Shown in pieces: positions 35,400 to 45,946 of a DNA stretch of 64,000 nucleotides. Position numbers and translations under genes: made by a program. Positions within the stretch are counted from its first letter, which is position 1. Every line of letters starts with the position of its first letter. This stretch comes from a virus. The stretch lies in IMG/VR virus record IMGVR_UViG_3300045988_149625; one strand, written 5' to 3'. The notes under the pieces were generated by a model, which searched no databases, was not told the DNA's origin, and saw nothing but the letters and a program-made list of their open reading frames with translations.

Positions 35400-38300
35400 T
35401 TGGAGGGAGAAAAGATGGCTAATGCAGATGTAGGTAAACTAACAGCTAGTATAGCTTTAGATGTTAGTAATCTTACAAAAGGCGTGGCAAAGGCAGACCA
35501 GCAATTAGAGCAGCTTTCTACTTCATTCCAAAAATCGCAGAAAAAAGTAAATTCATCATTAAATAGTATAGATACAAAAGTGGCAATGACTGCCAAAAAT
35601 GTTATTGCTACAATTAGGGCGCAGACTAATCAGATAAATGCGCAGATGGCAACGCAAAGAAATTTGCTGACTAAGAGCTTAAACGCACAAACAAAAACTC
35701 TTGAATCTTCTATGCAACAGCAGATAAGGGCGACACAGAAGTTATCAACTGCTGTTGGGGTAAACACTTCTCTAGTATCTGCTAGTATAATGTCAATGAA
35801 TAAGAATGTTTCAGAGGCACTTAGTCAACTGACAAGTGCTTTTGAAAGAATGTCTACACGTTCTGGACAGAGTATGACAAATGCTAGAAAAACATTATCA
35901 CAGCAAGCTGTACAGATGGCAGGGGATTTAGAGAAGTTAAAAGTAAAAGCTGAACAAACACAAGTTACTCTGAATAATAGACAGACACAAAAATTAAATT
36001 ATAAAGCTACTAAAACGGACACTGCAAAACTTGATAGTAAGCTCTCTAGAATGGATACTGTTTCATTCACACCCACCATGAACACCTCTGGGGCAGTTTC
36101 ACAAGTTAATGGCTTGGAAAGTGCTTTAGCAAAAGCAAATACGCAAGCAGTTACTTTGAGCGGAAGTTTAAGTAAGGCTTGGGAAATTTATGAAACAATA
36201 TCTTTTAGTGCTTTTAAATTAGTCTATGGTATTGACGCTATTGGACAGGCAGTAACAGCATTGGTTTCACCTGGGTGGCAACTTGCAAATTTATTGGAAA
36301 CAGAACAAATAGGTATGGCAGGTATCCTAAGCTCCATGACTTCTTTACATGGTGAGAGCTTAAAGTGGAATAGCGCAATGTCCATGTCGAAATCTATTAT
36401 GAAAGACCTTACAGTTGAGGCAGCAAAAACTGCGGCAACAAGTGAGGAATTGATTACTACTTTTAGAGCACTGCTTGGTCCAGGTTTAGGGGCAGGAATG
36501 AGCGTTGAGGAGATTAAGCAAGCCACTGTTACAGGTGTAAATGCTGTTAAATCAATGGGACTTGATGGTAGACAGCTAGTACAGGAATTAAGGGATTTAG
36601 TTCAAGGTGGTATTCAAGCTTCAAGCTCAACTTTAGCAACAGCTTTAGGTTTAACTGATAAGGATATTAAGGCAGCTAAACAAAGTAGCGAAGGTTTATT
36701 TAAATTCTTAATGAAACGCCTAGAAGGTTTTAAACAATCTTCCACAGAGTATGGCAATACTTTAAGTGGTATGCTTGCACAGGTTAAGGAAGGTTATGCA
36801 CTTGCACAGGCACAAGCTGTTGAACCTTTACGTGATGCTGCTAAGGGCATCTTAAAAGATATAAGGGATGTTCTCTATACAAAAGATATGCAAATAAATC
36901 CTGCTTTTGTGGAAGGATTTAAGGAAGTTGGAAATTACGTTTTAAAAATTTGGGAAGCTTTAAAAGAGGTAGGCAGTAGTTTTATGCCTGCTATTGAAGC
37001 AGCTTTAAATATTGCAGTTCCTTTAGTTAAGTTAATAGTAGACAATCTTAAAGAGCTTACTATAATGTTCTTGACTTGGAACATTGCTAAAAAGGTAAAC
37101 ACTTTATTTCAGATTAAAGAAGCCACTGATAGTGTAACTAGCAGTCAGATAGCACAAAATAAAGCCATTGAGGAAGCAGAAGCAAAATACAAAAAGGCAC
37201 AGAACGCTGCAATGGATTATGCTAATAGTTCTGCTTTAAAGTTTAATGCGCATGTCGAAGCAAATAATCAGAGAATAAATACAAATGCTATAGCAGGGCA
37301 GGTTAAGATGCTAGGCTCTATGTCTAATGATAAGTCCTTACAACTTTGGGGAGAGGAACTAACTAAGTTGGAAGGTAAGTATCAAAAGCTTGGAGCATCT
37401 GCAAATGAAGCCGCTAAGTATGCAAATCTTGTAGCAGAAATTACTATAAAAGGCAGTAAAGAATCTGCAAAGGAACTTGATAGAGAAATAGAAAAACGTC
37501 TAGAAGTAGCACGTGCCGCTGAAAAAGAATATCAAGGACAAATTAAGCTTGAAGGCGAAAAGAAGAAAAACTTAGAATCTACAAACAAGCTAATGGGCAA
37601 ATTTAGTGTCTTTGCTAATGTGACAGGTGGCGTTGGAGATGCTTTAATGAGCCTAGGTTTAATTTTAGGACTAACCGCAGATAAAAACGATGAATCTGCT
37701 AGACAGACCGCCGCTAATATTGAGCAATTTGGCTTTTTAATGGCAATGGCAGGAAATTTAGCATCTACACTTACAAATACCCTAGTTCCTGCGATAATGA
37801 AAGCTGTTGAATGGTTTGCAAAGCTAAAACTTGTAGCTGCAATGGGTGGTGTGGGTGCTGCCTTAGGTAAAGGTGCTTTAGTGCTTTCACCTGCTTTAAT
37901 AGCCGCAGGTGCTGCAAACTACTTTAAAAAAGACGACGACCCTACCAAGATAAAATTTGACAGTTTTGAAAGTGTTGGCGCAGGGCTTTGGCGCAATTAT
38001 ATTTATAACCCAAAAGCTGAAAAAGAAAAATTGGAGGCAGCTGCTAAAGCGGCTGCGGATAAAAAAGCTGCTGATGAAAAAGAAATGCAAGAGCAGGCAG
38101 AAAAGATTAGGCAACAATTAGCAGGTTTAGAGCTTAAATTCCCTAAGAGTCCTACTGGCGGTGGTACTAAAGGAAGCGCCGCCGCAGGTAGGGCAGCAGA
38201 TAAGGCAGCTAGAAATCAAGCTAAAAACGCCTATAAAGTTTTAGAAACTGCTTTAAAAGCGGAAAAAGAAGCAATTAAACAACAGCAGTTACAACTTGAA

Positions 38301-40304
38301 AGTGCTTATAAATTTGACTTAACTTCTACACAAGATTATATGCAGACTAAGTTTAAATACGATTCTGATATAATAGAAGCAGAAATTAAGAATTATGAAA
38401 AGCGCAGGGAGATTGCAAAATCTTTAGGACAAGATTCTGACGTAGAATCATTCACGAATAAGATAGGTGAACTTAAAGAATCTGCTATTACAAAATACAT
38501 AGAATATGTAAATGATTTAAAAGATAAGTATAAAGAATTATATGATAGATTAGATGATATAAAAGGCAAGTATGAAGATATAGTTGGTGTATCAGAAGAA
38601 GCTTTTAAAACAAATTTAGTTAAAGAGTATGCAGCAGATTTTTCAAGGGTATATGCAGAGCTTGAAACTGCGCAAAAAGGTTTAGCAAAAGCGCAAGAAG
38701 ATGGTAACACAAGTGATATAAAAGCTTGGAGTACCTTGATAAGCAAAATGCAGGTTGCTAAACAGCAATTAGAGCAGATAGTATACTTACGAAAACTAGA
38801 GCGTGATGCACAAGAGTCTATCGCTCGTGCTCAGAATGTAGGATTACAAGCACAGTCTGCAAACCTTGACTATCAGCTTTCAACAGGTGTTCATAGTGAC
38901 TTTCAGAAAGAAAGTGACTTATGGATTAGAAGCCATTCTGATATGCAGTCTGTAATAGACCAGTATAGAACTGCGATTGCTAATTACACTGCTCAACTGA
39001 GTATGGCAAATAGTGAAGAGAGAAAGAGCCAAATACTACAAAATATTGTAGACGCTAAACAAGCTATTAAAGATTTGATGGACGAAGTACATCCATTAGA
39101 ATCTTTAATTAAGGATAATTTAGTTAGTGGTTTATCAGATGCTTTTCAAAGTATTTACTGGGGAGAAAAATCAGCGAAAGAAGCCTTACAAGATTTTGCA
39201 AATACTTTCTTACAGACCTTTACTAAGAAGATGTTTGATACAGCTTTTGATGAGTTGTTTGGTAATATCTTTGACAGTATTTCTGGAAGAAATACTTTGG
39301 ATACAGATGTTGTAACAAATGTTGAATCACGTGTTACAGTTGATATGACAAAGTTTCAGCAAGATGTTACAGATGCAGGACTTACTTTACAGCAGGAGCT
39401 TAATGGTCAGTTAATACCTTCTTTCCAAGCTTTAAATTCTGTTATACAGGAAATTTTGACAAAAGCAGGTGTAACAAGCGTTGGTGTTAGCGGTGCAACA
39501 GGTATCAGCGGTGTCACAGGAAGTGTCACAGGAAGTGTCACAGGAAGTGTCACAGGACAGCCTAACACTGAAAGCACAACTATTGGAAGTGGCATAGCAA
39601 TGCCAGACTTATCTAGCTCCGTTAAGGGTTTAGAAAGATTTGACAAAGGTGTTATTTCTGCAACAGGTGCTATCGCAGAAGATACAGCGGCTACTAAGAT
39701 AAGCACTGGTGCTACTGATAATTTAAGCAGTGTTACTAAATCCACAGGAAATAGCGCAATGCCTGCTTTAATGGCAGCCGTAACCGCTGTAAGTGGTAGT
39801 TTAGGAAAATTTGGTACTGTATTACAGACTGTAATGATGATATTGCAGATTGCGCAAGCAACCCACATTCTTGGACTTGCAGATGGTGGTGCTGTTAGTG
39901 GGGCAGGTACAGGTACTAGCGATAGTATTCCTGCTAGATTGTCTAATGGGGAGTATGTAATAAAGGCAAGTTCTGCAAAGGCTTTAGGTACAAATTTCCT
40001 TGACCGCTTAAACAGTGTTGGTGATGGAAGAACAATTCGTAGTGGTAGACTTCCACGTTTTAAATACGCAGATGGTGGCGAAGTAAGAACAGAGGATAGT
40101 CAGCTAGGAAATACAATGCCTATGCAACAGGCAAATGAATTGCCCTCAACAGTAGGCGTTACTATGAATATGACATTCCAGTCACTTGACCCAGAGGCTA
40201 ATATGAAGCTGTTTAATAAGCAATATGAGAACTTTAAGAGTAAGTTAATAAATGATATTCAGAAAAATACAAGTATGCGAACAGCAATTAGAGGTGTTAC
40301 ATAA
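35400..40304 (+). CDS. tail tape measure protein
   Basis: 1634 aa, coiled-coil rich, follows the chaperones; contains 12-bp tandem repeat at 39511-39558. Confidence 0.8.
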   Translation: MEGEKMANADVGKLTASIALDVSNLTKGVAKADQQLEQLSTSFQKSQKKVNSSLNSIDTKVAMTAKNVIATIRAQTNQINAQMATQRNLLTKSLNAQTKTLESSMQQQIRATQKLSTAVGVNTSLVSASIMSMNKNVSEALSQLTSAFERMSTRSGQSMTNARKTLSQQAVQMAGDLEKLKVKAEQTQVTLNNRQTQKLNYKATKTDTAKLDSKLSRMDTVSFTPTMNTSGAVSQVNGLESALAKANTQAVTLSGSLSKAWEIYETISFSAFKLVYGIDAIGQAVTALVSPGWQLANLLETEQIGMAGILSSMTSLHGESLKWNSAMSMSKSIMKDLTVEAAKTAATSEELITTFRALLGPGLGAGMSVEEIKQATVTGVNAVKSMGLDGRQLVQELRDLVQGGIQASSSTLATALGLTDKDIKAAKQSSEGLFKFLMKRLEGFKQSSTEYGNTLSGMLAQVKEGYALAQAQAVEPLRDAAKGILKDIRDVLYTKDMQINPAFVEGFKEVGNYVLKIWEALKEVGSSFMPAIEAALNIAVPLVKLIVDNLKELTIMFLTWNIAKKVNTLFQIKEATDSVTSSQIAQNKAIEEAEAKYKKAQNAAMDYANSSALKFNAHVEANNQRINTNAIAGQVKMLGSMSNDKSLQLWGEELTKLEGKYQKLGASANEAAKYANLVAEITIKGSKESAKELDREIEKRLEVARAAEKEYQGQIKLEGEKKKNLESTNKLMGKFSVFANVTGGVGDALMSLGLILGLTADKNDESARQTAANIEQFGFLMAMAGNLASTLTNTLVPAIMKAVEWFAKLKLVAAMGGVGAALGKGALVLSPALIAAGAANYFKKDDDPTKIKFDSFESVGAGLWRNYIYNPKAEKEKLEAAAKAAADKKAADEKEMQEQAEKIRQQLAGLELKFPKSPTGGGTKGSAAAGRAADKAARNQAKNAYKVLETALKAEKEAIKQQQLQLESAYKFDLTSTQDYMQTKFKYDSDIIEAEIKNYEKRREIAKSLGQDSDVESFTNKIGELKESAITKYIEYVNDLKDKYKELYDRLDDIKGKYEDIVGVSEEAFKTNLVKEYAADFSRVYAELETAQKGLAKAQEDGNTSDIKAWSTLISKMQVAKQQLEQIVYLRKLERDAQESIARAQNVGLQAQSANLDYQLSTGVHSDFQKESDLWIRSHSDMQSVIDQYRTAIANYTAQLSMANSEERKSQILQNIVDAKQAIKDLMDEVHPLESLIKDNLVSGLSDAFQSIYWGEKSAKEALQDFANTFLQTFTKKMFDTAFDELFGNIFDSISGRNTLDTDVVTNVESRVTVDMTKFQQDVTDAGLTLQQELNGQLIPSFQALNSVIQEILTKAGVTSVGVSGATGISGVTGSVTGSVTGSVTGQPNTESTTIGSGIAMPDLSSSVKGLERFDKGVISATGAIAEDTAATKISTGATDNLSSVTKSTGNSAMPALMAAVTAVSGSLGKFGTVLQTVMMILQIAQATHILGLADGGAVSGAGTGTSDSIPARLSNGEYVIKASSAKALGTNFLDRLNSVGDGRTIRSGRLPRFKYADGGEVRTEDSQLGNTMPMQQANELPSTVGVTMNMTFQSLDPEANMKLFNKQYENFKSKLINDIQKNTSMRTAIRGVT
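39511..39558 (+). repeat. 12-bp tandem repeat (gtgtcacaggaa x3.9) encoding (GSVT)n
   Basis: read directly in TMP coding sequence. Confidence 0.9.
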
Positions 40305-40732
40305 TGTTAGGTTTAGATATAACTACAAATACTGATTATAAAGCTGCTGGCAATTTAGAAGTTTGGGGTATAACTGCTTTACAGTTATACTCCTACACCC
40401 TTGAATTTAATACACTTGTTGATGAAAAGTGGACAGGTAATGAACAGCGTAGGGCGCAGTGGTCAGAACCTAGAAGAACTTGGACACTCAAATTCCAAAA
40501 GACACCTGCGGGCGGCAGGAAGTTAGAGGAATTTTTTAAGCAAGTGAAAGGTAAATATAGAGCTTTTAAATTTAAGTGGGCAAGGATTTATGCAGATGAT
40601 GGCACTGATAATGGCGGCGACGATAATTGGTATTATGTTAGATTTGACAGTGACTCCATGCAGTTTACCATGAATTATATGGGGTACAGAGAAGTTTCTA
40701 TAAATTTAATAGAAGTAAGGAATGGTTCATAA
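40304..40732 (+). CDS. distal/minor tail protein (lambda gpM-like position)
   Basis: 142 aa, ATGA overlap with TMP stop. Confidence 0.45.
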   Translation: MLGLDITTNTDYKAAGNLEVWGITALQLYSYTLEFNTLVDEKWTGNEQRRAQWSEPRRTWTLKFQKTPAGGRKLEEFFKQVKGKYRAFKFKWARIYADDGTDNGGDDNWYYVRFDSDSMQFTMNYMGYREVSINLIEVRNGS

Positions 40733-41349
40733 TGACAGTAGGTATTAAACAAGACATTGCTCAATACTTAGCACAAAGCGAGATTGAAACGCGCCTATTA
40801 GTAGTTATTGAGTATGATAAAGATAACATATATAGATTTATAGCAGATGAAAGTTTAGAATCTTTTGAAATTTGTGGAAATACTTACTTATCTACACAAA
40901 TTGAGAGAGGTAGTAGGCAGGAGAACGCAGATAACTCTATTGATAGTGTTTCTTTGACACTCTCTAATCATTGGCAAGAATGGGCAGCGATTGTAGCGAA
41001 TCATGGCAACGAATTTCTGGGAAAAAGGTGTACGCTTTATGAGTGGTTTCCAGAATATCCAGAGGATGAGCCAGTACCTATGTATAGTGGCGTTTTAGAT
41101 GAAATTAAAATGTCAGCCACAAGTTTTGAAATGGAGGTTGTTAGGGTATTAGGTGACTACGACCAAGAAGCACCTTTAATGACCTACGACCCGAACTGTC
41201 AGTTTATTTATAAGGATGCTAGATGTAAGGCAAAAAATACAATTTACTATTCATGTGGTAAAACGCTGAATGACTGCATACAGCGTGGTAACGTATTAAA
41301 TTTCGGTGGGTATGTCGCCGTACCGAGAGAATATTTAGTTAAACATTAA
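40732..41349 (+). CDS. minor tail protein (lambda gpL-like position)
   Basis: 205 aa. Confidence 0.45.
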   Translation: MTVGIKQDIAQYLAQSEIETRLLVVIEYDKDNIYRFIADESLESFEICGNTYLSTQIERGSRQENADNSIDSVSLTLSNHWQEWAAIVANHGNEFLGKRCTLYEWFPEYPEDEPVPMYSGVLDEIKMSATSFEMEVVRVLGDYDQEAPLMTYDPNCQFIYKDARCKAKNTIYYSCGKTLNDCIQRGNVLNFGGYVAVPREYLVKH

Positions 41350-41350
41350 A

Positions 41351-41361
41351 GGGGGGGGGGG
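41351..41361. repeat. poly-G tract (11 G) forming the spacer/RBS of the next gene
   Basis: taa-a-GGGGGGGGGGG-caggATG. Confidence 0.9.
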
Positions 41362-41365
41362 CAGG

Positions 41366-41755
41366 ATGATTCCCAGAGAAGATGTAAAAGATTACATAGG
41401 ATTACCTTTTGTACAGGAAAAGGACGGATACGCTTGGGGATGTCTTGCTCCTTTTTATCAAATTCACCCAGAATTTGAGCATATTAAAGCATATAGGTAT
41501 CCTGTAAGTGAGGATGCTAATATGCTAAAGCATTTTAAAAGCCATTTTAAAGAAGTTGATTTAGAAGATGCCGTTTATGGGGATGTTTTGGTTATAAAAT
41601 TACCTATGAATCAATGGCATTTAGCAGTGTATTTAGGGGACGGCAAGTTAATGCACTGTACATTACATATAGACACAGAAATTACAAGACTTGAAAATTT
41701 TTCACAAGGCAGGATAAAGGGGGTATTTAGGTGTCAGGTGCAGCAGCAGCATTAG
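41366..41755 (+). CDS. NlpC/P60-like tail protein (lambda gpK-like position)
   Basis: 129 aa; Cys...His...His pattern (GYAWGCL, HLAVYLGDGKLMHC). Confidence 0.5.
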   Translation: MIPREDVKDYIGLPFVQEKDGYAWGCLAPFYQIHPEFEHIKAYRYPVSEDANMLKHFKSHFKEVDLEDAVYGDVLVIKLPMNQWHLAVYLGDGKLMHCTLHIDTEITRLENFSQGRIKGVFRCQVQQQH

Positions 41756-44742
41756 GTTGGGTAGGTATTGGTATTGCCCTTGTCAGTATGTTTGTAAGCC
41801 TTAGACAACAAAAGAAATTGTCTAAAAAAAAGGCTTCCTATACATACGGTGAGGGCGCACTGACTACCAACGTGAGCACCACAGACCCAGTACCTATTAT
41901 ATATGGTACTGTAAAAACTGCGGGAAACATGATTTATTCTAGATTAAGTAATGATAAAAAAGTGCTCTATAAATTAGTATCTGTTGCGGATGGTAAGATT
42001 AAGGGCATAAGGGATTTGCAATTTGATGATTTAGATGCAAATAGCAGTAAGTATGAGGGCGTTAGCTATAACTATTACTATGGTGATGGCGTACAAGAAA
42101 TAGATAGCCGTGTAATCGGAGATACACAAGAAGATAAAGCAATGCTAGTTGGCGGTTTAAAGTATTTGGCATACATAGCTTTACAGGCAAAGGCGAATGA
42201 AAATTTAAGCAGTAGTTTTAATGTTACTTGTTTAGTAGACGGTTCTATTGTAAAGATATATGAGAACGCAAACGATTTGACGCAGTATCGAGAGGAATGG
42301 ACGGATAATCCTGCATGGTGTGTTTTAGATTTTATGACACGTTATAATGGATGCGGAATGAGCCTTGATGAAATTGATGTTCAAAGTTTTATAGACGGAG
42401 CTAAATTCTTTAAAGAAAAGAATTATACATTAAATTTAGCTTTAGATGAACAAAGAAGCCGTTTAGAGTGGATACAGTATATGTTAAACTGTTGCCGTTC
42501 ACTGCTTATATATAGAGCAGGTAAATATAGTTTATTCGTGGAAAAGGCAGATGAGGTAGTTCAATCATATACTCCGAATGACATACACGATTTGAGTATA
42601 TGGTTCAGTCCTTTATCAGAAGTCCCAGATATTTATAGAATTACTTATATTGACCCTAAAAATGAGTGGGTAAAAGTAAATGCAGAAGCTTCTTTAAGCC
42701 CAGATAGCTATTTAAGAAAACAGCCAATGGTTGAAACTTTGGAGCTAATGGGTGTAACAACTTTTGACCAAGCAAGTAGATTAGCATGGTTCTACTTAAA
42801 TCAAGCACTGACTTGTCAAACCTACATTTCTTTTAAAACAGATAGACGCGCTTTAAATAGAACTGTTGGCGATGTAATAGAGGTTACAGACTATGTAACA
42901 GAGTTTCAAAAGAAAAAATTTAGAATAATAAAAATTGAAGATGAGCAAAATGAAAGTATAAAGCTTACATGTAGAGAGTACAACGAATCTATTTATAGTG
43001 AGCAACGTGGAGCGAGTGACCCTGTAATAAATGTTACAGAACTCACTGACCCGCAACAAACGCCGCCAGAAATAGTATATGTAGGAAATGAGCAAGACTA
43101 TTATATACTACCAGATAAAACGGTAGTAAGTAATATAATGTTAGATGTAATTTATACAGATTGGACTTATAATAAGAGTTTCAATGTTTCGTACCGTAAG
43201 AAGGATTCAGATAAGTGGCTTTTTGGTGGAACATTTGATGATGGTACTTACAGGGCTGTTATAGAGAATATGGAAATATACGAAACCTACATTTTCAGAT
43301 TTCAGAATATGAGTAAGTACGGCAAATTTTCAGCATATACTTATTCCCCAGAGATTTACATTACAGGTAAAAATGTAGCTCCTAATATGCCTTCTAATTT
43401 TCACGGTGAAGAGGTGGTAGGAGGTTTTAAACTTTATTGGGACGCTGGTGAAAAGGATGTAGATTATTATTTGTTATATTTAGGTTCTGTATCAGAAGAA
43501 GCTAAAATAGCACAAGTATATGGAACATCTTATTACTATCCTGCAGATGTTGGTGAATATACTTTTTATTTAGTAGCTGTTGATACAGCAGGTAATCGTT
43601 CCACTCCTGCAAGACTACTTTTAGAAATTTTATGCCCCTCAGACGTAAACGGCTTTGACTGTGTACAGAATGAACGCAACATAGAGTTTCATTGGAATTT
43701 AGTGGAAGGAGCTTCTTACTATGTACTTAAAGAGGGTGAGAACTGGGAATATGGTAATACCTTAGCAACAAGTTCTGGACATTTCTTTAGTTACCCATAT
43801 GCACAAGCAACAAGCACTACTTTTTGGATGAAAGCGTATACTGAATATGGCGTGCCTAGTGTAAACCCTGCATACTGTCAATTAAGTGTAGCATCTATAC
43901 CTAATAGGAACATGATTTTAGAATATGATGCAGTAGAAGATGGTTGGAGTGGTAAGAAATATAACATGCACGTAAATGCAGGTGGTATACAATTAGATGC
44001 AGGCAAGGTTTATGGGGACTATATATATCCTATGGAGTTAGACCAAGAGTATTGCGCAAGAAACTGGACAGAGAAAACTATCAAGCCAGTAAACGCGGAG
44101 TTAGAGCTTATGTGGAAGGATGCTCATTTTACATGGGCGAGTGCGAACGCTAAACGAAGAACTTGGTTTCCATTAGGCATAGATGATATATACAATTCAT
44201 GGACGGAAATTGCAATATATAATGAAGCAAGTAAAGAGGATATAGTCGAAAGAATGTCATTGAATGAAACACTTGTTTCAGATAGTGGTAAAAAGCCTGT
44301 AGGAAATGTTGGTACACCCACATATGGTGCAGGAAGATTTGAAAAAGGTCTTGTGTTAGATGGAAAGTGCCGTCCAAAATGGAAAAATTTGCCCATTGAT
44401 GATGCTTTCTCATTCAGTTTTAATCTTTACGTGCCTTTTGACAGTGTAAATAATTACTCGATTCTTACTTTAAGGAATGATTTAGGTGATTATTTATGGC
44501 TTCATTATAGAGAAGATGATGATATGTTTGTATGTACCTTTTCAGATGGTAGAGAGTATGAGTTAAAAGATTTTTCTGGAAAGGGCGATTATCTACATTT
44601 TATAATTTCACAAGGCGCAGGATATTTTACATTTGTTATATATGACGTAGGTTATGATTCCTATGTTATAAATAGAAAGAAAATTTCTACAATGAAGCGA
44701 TACACGCAGGTAGCTTTGTACGGTGATTTCAATAGGGAATAG
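41731..44742 (+). CDS. tail tip / host specificity protein (gpI-J-like) with N-terminal TM segment
   Basis: 1003 aa; N-term AAALGWVGIGIALVSMFVSL; large size after gpK-like gene. Confidence 0.55.
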   Translation: MSGAAAALGWVGIGIALVSMFVSLRQQKKLSKKKASYTYGEGALTTNVSTTDPVPIIYGTVKTAGNMIYSRLSNDKKVLYKLVSVADGKIKGIRDLQFDDLDANSSKYEGVSYNYYYGDGVQEIDSRVIGDTQEDKAMLVGGLKYLAYIALQAKANENLSSSFNVTCLVDGSIVKIYENANDLTQYREEWTDNPAWCVLDFMTRYNGCGMSLDEIDVQSFIDGAKFFKEKNYTLNLALDEQRSRLEWIQYMLNCCRSLLIYRAGKYSLFVEKADEVVQSYTPNDIHDLSIWFSPLSEVPDIYRITYIDPKNEWVKVNAEASLSPDSYLRKQPMVETLELMGVTTFDQASRLAWFYLNQALTCQTYISFKTDRRALNRTVGDVIEVTDYVTEFQKKKFRIIKIEDEQNESIKLTCREYNESIYSEQRGASDPVINVTELTDPQQTPPEIVYVGNEQDYYILPDKTVVSNIMLDVIYTDWTYNKSFNVSYRKKDSDKWLFGGTFDDGTYRAVIENMEIYETYIFRFQNMSKYGKFSAYTYSPEIYITGKNVAPNMPSNFHGEEVVGGFKLYWDAGEKDVDYYLLYLGSVSEEAKIAQVYGTSYYYPADVGEYTFYLVAVDTAGNRSTPARLLLEILCPSDVNGFDCVQNERNIEFHWNLVEGASYYVLKEGENWEYGNTLATSSGHFFSYPYAQATSTTFWMKAYTEYGVPSVNPAYCQLSVASIPNRNMILEYDAVEDGWSGKKYNMHVNAGGIQLDAGKVYGDYIYPMELDQEYCARNWTEKTIKPVNAELELMWKDAHFTWASANAKRRTWFPLGIDDIYNSWTEIAIYNEASKEDIVERMSLNETLVSDSGKKPVGNVGTPTYGAGRFEKGLVLDGKCRPKWKNLPIDDAFSFSFNLYVPFDSVNNYSILTLRNDLGDYLWLHYREDDDMFVCTFSDGREYELKDFSGKGDYLHFIISQGAGYFTFVIYDVGYDSYVINRKKISTMKRYTQVALYGDFNRE

Positions 44743-44753
44743 GAGAGGATTAA

Positions 44754-45200
44754 ATGAATACAGAAATGTCAGTTGTTGTTACAGGAATACTGTATGACGA
44801 GAATAATAATATTAAACAAAAGTTTGTAAAGCATAATTTGATTACAAGTGTAGGTTTTGATTTTGTAAGTAATTGCTTGGGTTCAACAACAAGACCAAAA
44901 CCTATTAGTCAAATTGGTGTAGGAACTAATAATACTGCCCCCGCTCTAGGGGATACAAACTTGAAAGCACTTAAACTTAAAAAGGCTTGTACCTACACTC
45001 ATACAGCAGGAACTACTTCCCTTGTATTCCAGACAGTTTTTGGTGCTGGGGAGGCAACGGGCGCTTTGGTGGAAGCGGGTATTTTTACAGGGGATGGTAT
45101 TTTATTTGATAGAGTTGTATACCCAGTAATTAATAAAGAAGATGTAGATACTTATGCAATGACTTTTGAAATTATTTTGAAGGAAGTATCAGTAGTATGA
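44754..45200 (+). CDS. tail/baseplate protein
   Basis: 148 aa. Confidence 0.4.
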   Translation: MNTEMSVVVTGILYDENNNIKQKFVKHNLITSVGFDFVSNCLGSTTRPKPISQIGVGTNNTAPALGDTNLKALKLKKACTYTHTAGTTSLVFQTVFGAGEATGALVEAGIFTGDGILFDRVVYPVINKEDVDTYAMTFEIILKEVSVV

Positions 45201-45937
45201 GTTTTACGATTAGAGAGGAAATTCGTGGCATAAAATTAAAAGAAGTCGCATTTCCTATCAGCCATTTTAAAGGGAAACGCTTAAAAGATTTTCGAGGAAC
45301 AGCTTACATTGCAGACTGGAAAGATTTACTAAGCTTCGACCTAGATGCTACAACTGTAAATGCTTATTCTAGAAAATTTAGTACAGCATTGGGGATACAA
45401 GAGGCACATAATAAGAAAACTATAAAGCATATTAAAGAGATATTTGGAATTGGTGTATTAAAAATAAATAATGCACAACAAGTATTAAGTGATTTACGCT
45501 TCTATGATAAGGTTCTAAATGAAACAAATTTTGATGAAACATTTACACCTTTTGGTTATAGTAAGTGGAAGAAAATGATTACAGGCGATTATATATATCA
45601 AAAAGCATTATGTAAATATGTAATGCAAGCTAGTCTTAATGCAGATAGACCTAATGCAAGGGCGTATACGCATAAAGTAGATGTGCCAGACCTTTTGGCT
45701 CAAGGTACGGTAGAATTAACAGTGAGTAATCAACCACGGGAGGTACACTTTCCTAAGGATAGGACTTTCCATATTGTACCAGAAATGAATATATCTATTA
45801 AGAGTTACAGTGGCACAGGTGCAACACCTTTAGTGTTGGCTTACAATGTTACTACAAAAGGTTTTATGGTGTCTATGAAAAACGAAGATGGCGGCTATGT
45901 TGAGGGGACAATAACTTATGCAGCCCGCGGATATTGA
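45197..45937 (+). CDS. tail/baseplate protein
   Basis: 246 aa. Confidence 0.4.
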   Translation: MSFTIREEIRGIKLKEVAFPISHFKGKRLKDFRGTAYIADWKDLLSFDLDATTVNAYSRKFSTALGIQEAHNKKTIKHIKEIFGIGVLKINNAQQVLSDLRFYDKVLNETNFDETFTPFGYSKWKKMITGDYIYQKALCKYVMQASLNADRPNARAYTHKVDVPDLLAQGTVELTVSNQPREVHFPKDRTFHIVPEMNISIKSYSGTGATPLVLAYNVTTKGFMVSMKNEDGGYVEGTITYAARGY

Positions 45938-45946
45938 GGTGAGATA

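Noticed and set aside
39481-39560. Short tandem repeat that could be mistaken for a CRISPR-like array
   Set aside because: 12-bp units with no spacers, in-frame within the tape measure gene; not CRISPR.
36224-39868. Antisense ORFs inside the tape measure gene (36224-36526, 37896-38117, 38393-38746, 39407-39868)
   Set aside because: Embedded antisense in a long, clearly coding gene with coiled-coil periodicity; no start context.
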